A stretch of DNA of 64,000 nt from Gloeobacterales cyanobacterium. Its GTDB lineage: Bacteria; Cyanobacteriota; Cyanobacteriia; Gloeobacterales; PMM-0068. The notes beneath the pieces are model-generated. The model ran no database searches and was not told the DNA's origin. It saw only the letters and a program-made list of their open reading frames with translations. Shown here piece by piece: positions 9,357-18,277 of the stretch. The position numbers were made by a program, and so were the translations under genes. The stretch spans positions 82,725-146,724 of the forward strand of contig JBBRSB010000001.1 of the NCBI GenBank assembly GCA_038245785.1, given 5' to 3'. Numbering within the stretch: the stretch's first letter is position 1; every line of letters begins with the position of its first letter.

Positions 9357-9757
9357 GGTTTTTGCTCGACACCAATATCTGTATATACATCATTAAACGC
9401 AAACCCCAACAGGTCATTGAGCGTTTTAATACCCTTCAGCCATCCGATATTGGCATCTCCTCTATCACCGTGGCAGAACTAGAATACGGTGCCAGCAAAA
9501 GTCAGAAGCCTGAACAGAATAAGGCTGCGTTGCAACAATTTCTGATTCCCCTGGAAATCCTCGTTTTCGATCAACAAGCGGCTCAAGTCTATGGAACAAT
9601 CCGAGCTGATCTGGAGCGACAAGGGCAGGTCATCGGCTCTCTAGATATGCTAATTGCAGCACAGGCGAAAAGTGAAGACATAGTGCTTGTCACTAATAAC
9701 GTTAGGGAATTTTCGCGGATTCCCGATTTGAAACTGGAGAACTGGGTAGATGGTTAG
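9353..9757 (+). CDS. vapC: VapC PIN-domain ribonuclease toxin
   Basis: MRFLLDTNICIY..ITVAELEYGA..DMLIAAQA..LVTNNVREF carries the PIN acidic residues in their canonical positions. Confidence 0.9.
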   Translation: MRFLLDTNICIYIIKRKPQQVIERFNTLQPSDIGISSITVAELEYGASKSQKPEQNKAALQQFLIPLEILVFDQQAAQVYGTIRADLERQGQVIGSLDMLIAAQAKSEDIVLVTNNVREFSRIPDLKLENWVDG

Positions 9758-9997
9758 ATCTGGGCAATGCTCCAAGATCGATGCTGATCCTTTTCGCAAT
9801 GCTGAAAGCTATACGATTATCATCGCCGCCGCCACCGGCAAACTGAATGTTGGTGAGGAGGGCGCTGCATGACTTTGTGTGCAGCATGGATACGCCACAC
9901 CTCCACAGGTGATCAGAAGTTGGTTTTGCCATTTCACAGAGGAAATTTAAGTCTCCCAATTTGAATGCATCAATAGATATGACATTGGGTTCTCTAG

Positions 9998-10037
9998 ACC
10001 AATCCGTCTAACGCTTAATACTCTAAAGCATTAGCCT
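9998..10037 (+). repeat. 40-bp direct repeat, copy B (ghost of the mutT 3' end; supplies the tail of the convergent gene)
   Basis: ACCAATCCGTCTAACGCTTAATACTCTAAAGCATTAGCCT. It still reads PIRLTLNTLKH* in the + frame and ..ANALEY* on the - strand. Confidence 0.85.
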
Positions 10038-10905
10038 CTATGCTCATAGTCTTACTTGCTTTTTGCTCATGAATTTCTAAGTGGCGGTGTAAATACTCTG
10101 TGACCAGTCCATGGAGCAATAGGTTGCGTGCAGCACTGAAAGGACTATTCGGCGCTAGAGGATGGCGATTGGTAATCAGATGTAGGCCGTCTGCACTGCC
10201 CAGCAGGGTGGCGACATAGAGGCCAAAATTTTCATCGAACTGAAGCGATAACACAGCCCGTTCAAATTCTGCGCTGGTCAGACACAGAGAATAGAAAACT
10301 TTAAAGAGTTCTAGGGTTGATTCTAAATCGAGAATCTTCAGCCAGGAACGATTAGAAAAGTCAATGTCTATCTTAATCGGTTGCAGACTGTCAAAGGTGA
10401 TCCCTTCCTCTCTGACCTTTTGAAGCCACTGTGGATGCTCCTGTTGTGCCCTCGCATAATCAAAAACAAAATTGTAGAGAATCAGGTCATGTTCGAGGAA
10501 AGCATTCTCGACTAAATCATCAACAGTATGGGGATAAAGGATAGATCTTTGGATAGCAGGGTCCGGTCCATTATCAATCAGAAAATTCACAATATTAGAA
10601 CCGATACCGAGGTGTCGGACAATCAAATAACAAGCTTCAGGTGAAACAAAAGTATTTAGAAAAAAGGCTGCAGACCGATGCATAAATGAGTGAGCATTGA
10701 ACTGAAAAGGCAAGAGGCGCTTGACAGTCATCACCAAGGCTAAGAGCAGGTTGGCCACTGCTTTGATCGGGAGGAGCAAATAGCTGCGGGTCCAACTCCG
10801 TAGATCCTTAATCATATAGGCTTTGACCACTGGATCTAGGGGAAGTGCCTGGTCTAGATAGAGCGCGTCCCAAGCATCGGGGTTAAGCCGGTCATGGGGA
10901 CCCAT
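10015..10905 (-). CDS. hypothetical protein, translationally coupled to the upstream KAS III fusion gene
   Basis: Start placed at MGPHDRLNPD (ATG 10905-10903), which shares one base with the upstream stop (TAATG). There is one hydrophobic stretch, LLLPIKAVANLLLALVMTV. No family recognised. Confidence 0.7.
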   Translation of the reverse strand: MGPHDRLNPDAWDALYLDQALPLDPVVKAYMIKDLRSWTRSYLLLPIKAVANLLLALVMTVKRLLPFQFNAHSFMHRSAAFFLNTFVSPEACYLIVRHLGIGSNIVNFLIDNGPDPAIQRSILYPHTVDDLVENAFLEHDLILYNFVFDYARAQQEHPQWLQKVREEGITFDSLQPIKIDIDFSNRSWLKILDLESTLELFKVFYSLCLTSAEFERAVLSLQFDENFGLYVATLLGSADGLHLITNRHPLAPNSPFSAARNLLLHGLVTEYLHRHLEIHEQKASKTMSIEANALEY

Positions 10906-12776
10906 TACTGGATTTCCTCTAACTGCAACCGATAGAGTCGGGCCGTAACCTGAGCCGTCTTCACAATCGCTTGGGCAATCTCCAAGGTCATCCATTCCGC
11001 CTGGACTAAAGCGTTTAATTTACCCAAGTGGGACTCATCGTTATCCCCGTGATAGGCCAAGAAGGAAACCTGTTCCTGGGTTAAACCAAGGATTTGCTGG
11101 ATGCGTGTGGCCCATTGCCCAGCCAGTTTATTGCCCAAGCCTTCAATGATGAACATGCTCCCGATAAGGTGAACGGGATTTTCTTTAGAGGCTTGATGGA
11201 AGATGAAGGATGAGAGAGCCTCACTGCCAATATTTTTCTCGGCTTGGGTGATTTCCTCTAACGCACCACCGACTGAGACATAGTTGCGCTCCAGCATCTG
11301 ATAGTCGCGATGTTCATCCTGAGCATGACCAATGAAGGTAGAGCGCAGCTGAAAATCCGTCATATTGGAAGCGGCACGGGCAATCCAACGGGCCCCTTCC
11401 ACGACTTGAGGCCGTAGATTTTTTAAGAGGGCTTTGTAATCGGCAAGGGTAAATTCTCCCCGGTTAAGCTTGCGCATAATAGGCACCGAGCGAAGATCCC
11501 GCTCAAATTCCAGCCAGGTGAGGGCTAATTGACGGAGCAGATATTCGGCAACAGAATTTTCTGGCTGCTGCTGGTCCAGGGGCGATGCAGCTATCGGCTG
11601 TGGCTGGGGAATTAATTCTGATTGAGACACCGGGACTCCTCTTGGTGAAGGTTCTACAACTGTTAGCATCAGATATGCGGTAGTGAACCGCCCACTCTCT
11701 GGAACAAAACAAAAGATTTTTTGACCTGATTCTAACTTGCCTGAATGAAACAGCTCTTCCAGCATTAAATAAATAGAAGCACAGCCCGTATTGCCCCGCG
11801 TGTAGAGATTGGTAAACCACTTCTCTTCTGGAATCATACAGCCTGCTTTTTCCATCAGTTCTATCGTTTGGCTGCGGAAGAAGTGAGAAGAATAATGGCA
11901 GAGCATCCAATCTATTTCTTTGGGGAGTATTTTTCTATACTCAATTAGTTTTAAGAAACCCTCTACGCCCAGTCTGACAATATGTTCTAAAAGACGTACA
12001 TTTTGACGCAGATTGACAGCACCCGCTTCTGCTGCTTCCACGTAGGAAGGATAATTCATCCAGCTCTTTTGAGCTGTTTCATTTTCTGCTCCCGCATACA
12101 TACAAACGGGATAGGCATTGGCATGGGAAACCAACTCAATCCATTCAATTTTTAGGCTGATCCCTTTAGAATTAGGATGATTTTTGACTAAGAATGCTCC
12201 GGCTCCGTCGGAGAGCATCCAGCGCAGAAATTCAGTATCGAAGGATAGAGCTTTACCTGCTTTGACCCCATGCTCTGCTTCAAAATTTGAGTTTCTAAAT
12301 AGACGAGAAGCCAGCTCTGAAGCAACGGAGATGGCGGCTGCTCGCTTGCCTAATTCCACTTGAGCAACGGCATACTTTAGGGCCGTTACTCCGGCACAAC
12401 AAACGCCATGGGTCGAAATGATTTCTAAAGGAGGAAATTCAGGCAATTCACCATGAACCATGCTGGCAAATCCTGGCACCAATAAATCAGGCCAGGTGGT
12501 TCCTACACACAGCAAATCAATGGCGGCAGGTTCTAGATTTGCATGAGTCAGGGTATCTCTGACAGCATAGGCAGCCATCTGGCTATTGCGATAGGTCGTA
12601 TTTTGATTCTGGTCTAGCGCATAATAGCGCTGCTGAATACCATTGCTTTTGAGAATGCGATTCTTAACCTTAGACTTTTGACCATTTACTTTTCCTAAAT
12701 AGTCTTCCATCTGGTCGTTACTAATCGGGCTGCCCGGTAAAAATTTCCCGATACTATTGATGTAGGCATGGTACAT
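10905..12776 (-). CDS. KAS III (FabH-like) condensing enzyme fused to a heme-oxygenase-like / iron-containing redox domain
   Basis: The N-terminal ~375 aa carry a Cys-His-Asn set (HGVCCAGVTAL, LCHYSSHFF, RGNTGCASIY). A Pro/Gln linker follows (EPSPRGVPVSQSELIPQPQPIAASPLDQQQP). The C-terminal ~210 aa have spaced acidic/His clusters (HAQDEHRDY, IIEGLG, AYHGDNDESHLGKL), as in Haem_oxygenas_2-type di-iron proteins. Confidence 0.8.
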   Translation of the reverse strand: MYHAYINSIGKFLPGSPISNDQMEDYLGKVNGQKSKVKNRILKSNGIQQRYYALDQNQNTTYRNSQMAAYAVRDTLTHANLEPAAIDLLCVGTTWPDLLVPGFASMVHGELPEFPPLEIISTHGVCCAGVTALKYAVAQVELGKRAAAISVASELASRLFRNSNFEAEHGVKAGKALSFDTEFLRWMLSDGAGAFLVKNHPNSKGISLKIEWIELVSHANAYPVCMYAGAENETAQKSWMNYPSYVEAAEAGAVNLRQNVRLLEHIVRLGVEGFLKLIEYRKILPKEIDWMLCHYSSHFFRSQTIELMEKAGCMIPEEKWFTNLYTRGNTGCASIYLMLEELFHSGKLESGQKIFCFVPESGRFTTAYLMLTVVEPSPRGVPVSQSELIPQPQPIAASPLDQQQPENSVAEYLLRQLALTWLEFERDLRSVPIMRKLNRGEFTLADYKALLKNLRPQVVEGARWIARAASNMTDFQLRSTFIGHAQDEHRDYQMLERNYVSVGGALEEITQAEKNIGSEALSSFIFHQASKENPVHLIGSMFIIEGLGNKLAGQWATRIQQILGLTQEQVSFLAYHGDNDESHLGKLNALVQAEWMTLEIAQAIVKTAQVTARLYRLQLEEIQ

Positions 12777-12854
12777 TGCGATCTTCTTGATGGGAAAACT
12801 TTACGGAGAGAAGATAAGAAGTTAAACTTAGCTGCGGTATAAGCTTTGATTACT

Positions 12855-13346
12855 ATGGTGTATCAAGTGGATAACCAATCTGAAAGCTTGACCTTGGAGC
12901 AAGGACTAAAGAAATACTATCAAGCTAATCCTGACTTTGTACAGAACAAAGACTTTTGGGTTGGTTGGATACATATTCCCTGGTGTGATATGCATCGGCA
13001 TGACATCATGCATGTTGTTACAGGCTATAGCACTGAACTGGATCAAGAGCTGCAGCTGATTGGCTTTTTACTAACCGCAATTACCTGGCGGAGACCCTGG
13101 TACTACTATCTTCAAAGCTTTGGTGTGTTCTTAGAACTATTGGGCAAGTCCTTCGGCGGAAAATCCCTCGGATCTACTTACTACAATCCCCTCAAGGTTT
13201 GCCGACTATATTTCAAAGGAGTAGCTCAGGGCTTTACCGTATCTCAAAAGATCAACGCCTACATTGAGCCCAGCACCGTCCTGAACCGCCACCTACACTC
13301 TATTAGAGCCGAATACGGTATCGATAATGCAGGTGCCTGGGATTGA
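12855..13346 (+). CDS. Coq4-like protein (HDxxH-x11-E motif)
   Basis: RHDIMHVVTGYSTELDQELQLIGF fits the Coq4 family metal motif HDxxH(x)11E exactly. The gene is divergent from the KAS III fusion gene across a ~78-bp gap (12777-12854; 69 bp if the track TTG start at 12846 is used). Confidence 0.65.
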   Translation: MVYQVDNQSESLTLEQGLKKYYQANPDFVQNKDFWVGWIHIPWCDMHRHDIMHVVTGYSTELDQELQLIGFLLTAITWRRPWYYYLQSFGVFLELLGKSFGGKSLGSTYYNPLKVCRLYFKGVAQGFTVSQKINAYIEPSTVLNRHLHSIRAEYGIDNAGAWD

Positions 13347-13350
13347 GTCT

Positions 13351-13731
13351 TTATGAGGGCAAACGTCTCAAAAACCAGTCATAGAGCAGTTCAGGCAAGG
13401 GTGCGGGCTGCCAAGAAAATCTCATTTCTTCACAAATTCGGATCCCCATAGGCGTGAGTCGGAAAGAATTGGTAATCCCTTGACCATCTACTTCCCGGCG
13501 GAGAACCCCAACACGAATCAGCCAGAGGAGTTCATCTTCCACTTCGAGTAGTCTGACACTCCTCTGAGTAAAACCCTTTTGCTGTCCCACTTCTCCAACA
13601 AAATTTTGGAGCGGAATGCTTCCTGAAACCATCTTCCGGGTAGCCTCAGAAGTCAGTACCGAGCTCAGGAGTGCCCGTTTGGCTCTATCAAGGGTACTTT
13701 GAGGCGGGTTCAAGAGAAAAGATGGACGCAT
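13351..13731 (-). CDS. conserved hypothetical protein
   Basis: 126-aa ORF with coding-like composition. No motif recognised. Confidence 0.6.
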   Translation of the reverse strand: MRPSFLLNPPQSTLDRAKRALLSSVLTSEATRKMVSGSIPLQNFVGEVGQQKGFTQRSVRLLEVEDELLWLIRVGVLRREVDGQGITNSFRLTPMGIRICEEMRFSWQPAPLPELLYDWFLRRLPS

Positions 13732-13766
13732 GCGCTTTTCTTAAAGATGCTTAATATAATTTTACT

Positions 13767-13946
13767 ATGGTTCTCACAGTCCTTATTCTTGTAACGCTGG
13801 GAAGTTGGGCCGTGTACCTACTTCAGAAAGGCTACCACCGCAAAGAGGCAGCCTTTATTTTGGCAGGCACTTTAGTCAGTGCCACAGCAGGAGCTGTGCT
13901 CTATGTTCACCATTTAATGTCTCAAGTCTGGGCTCACTTGGGCTAG
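13767..13946 (+). CDS. possible small two-helix membrane protein (59 aa, below the track cutoff)
   Basis: My translation is MVLTVLILVTLGSWAVYLLQKGYHRKEAAFILAGTLVSATAGAVLYVHHLMSQVWAHLG*. It has two hydrophobic segments separated by a basic loop. Confidence 0.35.
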   Translation: MVLTVLILVTLGSWAVYLLQKGYHRKEAAFILAGTLVSATAGAVLYVHHLMSQVWAHLG

Positions 13947-15140
13947 CTAAATTGCTCCCCATATCCAAAGAGCTACCTGACGACAGAGAGACGCCGCTGT
14001 CAGACCAGCATAGGTGCCAATTACATTTCCTAAAATCGCCATTAATAGGCCCACAGGCGCTAAGCCTGCGCGGTAGGTCTCTGCCACAATCGGGGTTGAA
14101 ACTACGCCTCCTGTGTTTGCCTGAGAACCTGCGGCAAACAGGGCCATCGGAATCCGCAACCATCGAGCAACAACAAGTAGAATGCCTGCATGGAAGGCAA
14201 TCCAGACGACTCCAGCCACCAGAAATAACGGAAATTGACGAATCTGAGCGAGGTCACCCTGAGCGCCCAAGGCTGCAACTACGAGGTAGAGCATGCCGTT
14301 TCCTAGTTTAGAAGCCCCAGCATTTTCAAAGACGCGTAAGGGGCTAAGAGAGAGTAAAAGTCCGACAGAAGTAACGATCAGGAAGCCCCAAGTTTTGTGA
14401 GAGATGATGGCTCCCAGCTCTGGAAGCGCTTTTCCGGCAGCAAAAGATAGCCAACCAATGCTAAAAGCCAAACCCAAGAGAATCATCAAGGTAGGCGTCG
14501 TCAGAGGTTTAGCCGCTTGCTGAGCAGCTTGGCGGTCATTGGTAGCTTGAGCAAGGGCTTCTAAGGTTTTGGGGTCTGCCCTGGTAAAACGGTCAAATTG
14601 ATCCTGATAACGACTACAGAAGAGCAAAATCAAGGTCCAGCTATAGCCCACCAAAAAATCCATCCCTACCGCTACCCCAAAAATCGTATCTGGGGTTTTG
14701 ATACTTTCTTTGACAGCCAACATATTGGCAAACCCTCCGGTCCAGGAACCGGATAGAGCACCTAAGGCAGACCAAGCATCCACAGGCAGCCATCGCCCAA
14801 AAATCAATAGAACTAAGGGCGCTCCCAGGACGATGCCCACACTTCCGAGCAAGGTCATAATCAGGGCTGGACGACCAATCTTAAAGACTCCGGCCAGATC
14901 GGTGCCGAGGAGCAAAAGGACTAAAGCGGCAGGTAATAGAGTCCCAGAAAGCAAGGGGTAAAGAGGAGAATCCTTTGGTGTTATGCCTAGCGCCGTCATG
15001 CCTGCGGGTAGGGCATAGATCCAAACTACTGGAGGAACGAGGTCAAAAAGATTCTTGAGTACTTTTTGTTCAGATAGCCAGAAAACAAGTGCAATAAAGC
15101 CTAGGAACCAAGCCAGAAGAGCAGTAGGGTCAGAAATCAA
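13947..15140 (-). CDS. DUF819 family polytopic membrane protein
   Basis: 397 aa with about 10 hydrophobic segments. The N-terminal pattern LLAWFLGFIALVFWLSEQK..VPPVVWIYALP is typical of DUF819. Confidence 0.75.
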   Translation of the reverse strand: MISDPTALLAWFLGFIALVFWLSEQKVLKNLFDLVPPVVWIYALPAGMTALGITPKDSPLYPLLSGTLLPAALVLLLLGTDLAGVFKIGRPALIMTLLGSVGIVLGAPLVLLIFGRWLPVDAWSALGALSGSWTGGFANMLAVKESIKTPDTIFGVAVGMDFLVGYSWTLILLFCSRYQDQFDRFTRADPKTLEALAQATNDRQAAQQAAKPLTTPTLMILLGLAFSIGWLSFAAGKALPELGAIISHKTWGFLIVTSVGLLLSLSPLRVFENAGASKLGNGMLYLVVAALGAQGDLAQIRQFPLFLVAGVVWIAFHAGILLVVARWLRIPMALFAAGSQANTGGVVSTPIVAETYRAGLAPVGLLMAILGNVIGTYAGLTAASLCRQVALWIWGAI

Positions 15141-15639
15141 AGCAAGTAGCCCTTAGAACTAGGGTTAGCTTACCCTATACCCTACTATTTTGTGCTTGGC
15201 TAAATGCTCCCCATTGAGATGCTTGGGACCGTACAATTACTTGCGCATTAGCCTATGGCATTTTGATGAATCAGAGTGAGCTGGGATAGGTCTAATCTTC
15301 CAATGAATTTTTATCCCTAATACCCCGTCCGCTTGTGGTGAAGAGTGTCAATAAGGGATTTCAATGGAACAGCTCAATTCCCTATGGGCTTATTTGACGA
15401 AAATGCAATTAACAAGGTCGATTCCCCTCGTTTTGCTGCAATAGACTTGCGATTGCTTGCTCTTCGTGCTGAGGCAAAACGTTCCACGTTCAACTAAAGA
15501 CTTAAGTTTAAATACCTAGCACATCAACGAAAGTAGGTAATCTCAGCTAACTTTCGTTGAGCATAGTCAAGACGTTTTTCAGATGTTTTTTCCGCTTAAA
15601 TTTCTAAGATAAGACAATAAATACAGGAAATACTACCTA

Positions 15640-16365
15640 ATGGAAATTGCAACCAGCCCAGACACATCCAAATCAGTTACCAACTTGAAAGCTAAAGCCC
15701 ATGAGAGTCTTGCTCCATCATCCTCAACGATCTTCAGAAAGCTGAAATGGGCTTATTTCGTAGGTGCTTCCGCCCTTATTTCTACTGCACTGATCGGTAC
15801 TGCAGCCCATGCCCAAACCCCAGAGAAGCAAGCCCTGAAGTTTGATATGGTGCGTTCAGCTGGAGTGGTGAAAGCGGGATGTGTAGTTGAGGCATCCGCA
15901 AAAGTAAGGATTGTGTCCAGAGGTCCTGTTGAGATCATGGATGTGAAGGTCAAGGGGTTACCACCCAAAACCAACTTCGATTTCTTTGTAATTCAAGTGC
16001 CTAACGCACCCTTCGGCCTGTCTTGGTATCAAGGCGACATCGAAACGAATGAAGAGGGAGAGGGCTTCCAGCGATTCGTCGGACGCTTCAACGAAGAGAC
16101 CTTCATCGTAGCGCCTGGGTCTGCGCCTGCCCCGTTGGTGCACAGCTCGCCCATTCCCGATGCCACGATGAATCCGCCAACAGGCCCGGTCCATACGTTC
16201 CATCTAGGGCTCTGGTTCAACTCACCAGAAGATGCAGCGAAGGCAGGATGCCCGAACACTCTGACCCCCTTCAACGGGGAGCATAATGCAGGCATCCAGG
16301 TCTTGAACACGAGCAATTTCGCTGATGGAGAAGGACCGCTAATCCAAGTAAAACCAAAGCCCTGA
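15640..16365 (+). CDS. secreted hypothetical protein
   Basis: A signal-peptide-like KLKWAYFVGASALISTALIGTAAHA|Q follows an unusually long N-terminal lead, so the true start is uncertain. Confidence 0.6.
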   Translation: MEIATSPDTSKSVTNLKAKAHESLAPSSSTIFRKLKWAYFVGASALISTALIGTAAHAQTPEKQALKFDMVRSAGVVKAGCVVEASAKVRIVSRGPVEIMDVKVKGLPPKTNFDFFVIQVPNAPFGLSWYQGDIETNEEGEGFQRFVGRFNEETFIVAPGSAPAPLVHSSPIPDATMNPPTGPVHTFHLGLWFNSPEDAAKAGCPNTLTPFNGEHNAGIQVLNTSNFADGEGPLIQVKPKP

Positions 16366-16949
16366 TTCTAAAATTGAAAGAATCGTCCTATCAGCAAGTG
16401 AGGGGCAAGATTGACAAACTGTTTTCTTTTTGCTTCCGTAAAAAGAAGTGGTTTAGTCAAGCTGGAAAAGTATGATTTTGCCCCCTCGCTTTCATAGCGC
16501 AGCCAATGATACGTGTCTTGCTTTTGTTAGACCGATAAGGTTTGGCTAAGATTTCTGATGCTTAAAAAACTTTTACGGATGTGGGTGATCTATCTAACAC
16601 GCTCCAGCGTGCATATAGCAGAACCAAAGAATTGAAGTTAGAGACTACACCAATCATAAGTCTAGCAACCAACAATAAGGAGATAAAACATGTATCCATA
16701 TATAGTCGGCTCCGTGGGTGGAGATCTCCGTCGATATAGTCAGGCAACAGAAAGCAGAGCCCGACATCTAACTTCACCACCGCCTAACCCCTCTCTCAAC
16801 TCGGACCCTGCCTGCTGTGCCTTCCGTTCTCTCTCAGCTTCCCGCTTCCTCGACTCTGCTCAGCGCCTCGGTGCAGACGTGGCCGGTTAGCTTCTTTCGT
16901 TAGCCATCACTTAATAAATAACCTTTAGCTCTTGTGTACGGAGGAAGCT

Positions 16950-17171
16950 ATGCGAGTGTCATTTGGTAGCATGACAGCCAATGCGTGGGGAAGAAGTTTT
17001 CTACGTCATTTCGCTACTGAAGTGAACGCAGCTGTCCCCAAGGAGAGCTATGACCTCGTGGAACGAAACCGTGCTGCTGCCCAACTCCTCTTCAGTAGTC
17101 GCCGTCAAACATTGCCAGAATCACAAGCACGAACAATTCTTGAGATGTGTTCTCTTTTACTGGCTGGCTAA
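16950..17171 (+). CDS. possible small protein (73 aa)
   Basis: The ATG at 16950 has GGAGGA 5 nt upstream. No homology recognised. It lies inside a degraded region. Confidence 0.3.
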   Translation: MRVSFGSMTANAWGRSFLRHFATEVNAAVPKESYDLVERNRAAAQLLFSSRRQTLPESQARTILEMCSLLLAG

Positions 17172-17403
17172 AGAGAGCTGGGAGCGACGCTAGGCGATTC
17201 GCAGACAGCGTTCAATATTGTCAAAGCAGCGTTTCATCAGACGTACCAGACGCTCGCCAAATTCATGTACCGCCCATTGCTGTGGTTCTCACGCGATCCA
17301 ATGAAGCTGAAGTGTTTTTGCTACAGCTATCAGGGGTTCTAGCCTTTTTGGCTTTCCCAAAAGGGTTATCCTCATCTGAGCCATGCCAAGGATTGGCCCT
17401 TCT

Positions 17404-17643
17404 TCAGGAATTGCTTTGCAACCAATCGGTCAGGTTAGACAACTGGGCGAAACCTAGAAGCGCTTCACCCAAAGCTTTAAGCTGCAGCAGGGATAGCGCT
17501 TGGATTTGCACCTTAACGCTCGTGGGTAGGTTGCCGAGCCTTCGGGTTAGTTGGCGCAGGACGAGCCTGACTTCACCCGTTTCGACGCAAACTCGCAACT
17601 TTCGCTGCTTGTAGGTTGAACTGACTCGTCTCTGTGGCCCCAT
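17404..17643 (-). pseudogene. DUF4351 fragment (C-terminal remnant of an Rpn/PD-(D/E)XK family protein)
   Basis: GEVRLVLRQLTRRLGNLPTSVKVQIQALSLLQLKALGEALLGFAQLSNLTDWLQ matches the DUF4351 consensus pattern. The frame is closed by a stop a few codons upstream, so the nuclease part is missing. Confidence 0.7.
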
Positions 17644-17795
17644 TTCTCGCCCTACGGCGTACAGCCGTTAGCCATTATCCTGCTCTGTACAGCCCGTACT
17701 TTTCTCTCCCTAACCAGTTAGGCAGCGACTGTCTGGCCAACTTTGGTGCATTTCAACATGTTGCGAGGCATTCATAACTAAAGTAAGCTAACTCT

Positions 17796-18277
17796 ATGTT
17801 TTATATTGATCTATTTAGCACATTGCAACGCTATCAGGTACAGTACGTGCTGATTGGCGGGCTAGCTGTTTCTTTGCACGGCGTAGAGCGCACTGCGATG
17901 GATATTGACATCACGGTTGCCGTGCAACCCGATAACCTGAACGCCCTGATTGCAATGGCACAAGCACTTAAATTAAGCCCCGTATTGCCTGTACCGCTTG
18001 AGAGTTTACTTGACTTAAATTTACTCAAAAAATGGCATGATGAGCGCAATCTAAAAGCCTTTGAACTTAAAACAGATGAACTGACTGGCGTAACACTTGA
18101 TATACTCCTTCTTCCACCGATTGATTTTGCAGGTATAGCCGTGCAGTGATTTTTGACATTGCTAATACCCAAGTAAAAGTGGCTGCAATTGATGATTTAA
18201 TTGCCATGAAAAGCGTTGTGGGGCGCGAAATCGATTTAATGGATATTGAACATTTGAATACGATTAAACACTTATGA
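17796..18277 (+). pseudogene. nucleotidyltransferase-fold protein split by a frameshift near 18140
   Basis: Frame 1 gives ..YVLIGGLAVSLHGVERTAMDIDITV.. and ends at TGA 18147-18149. The expected C-terminus (VIFDIANTQVKVAAIDDLIAMKSVVGREIDLMDIEHL) continues in another frame from 18146 to TGA 18275-18277. Confidence 0.65.

Noticed and set aside
9702-9959. 85-aa minus-strand ORF between vapC and repeat copy B.
   Set aside because: It overlaps the vapC 3' end, has an odd composition (GGGGDD run) and no start context. It is probably spurious.
17147-17614. 155-aa + strand ORF, plus short minus-strand frames (for example ..WAVHEFGERLVRLMKRCFDNIERCLRIA*) in the degraded patch.
   Set aside because: Composition is Ser/Arg/Leu-rich with no start context. 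The fragments are too short and too dissimilar to anything I recognise for a family call.
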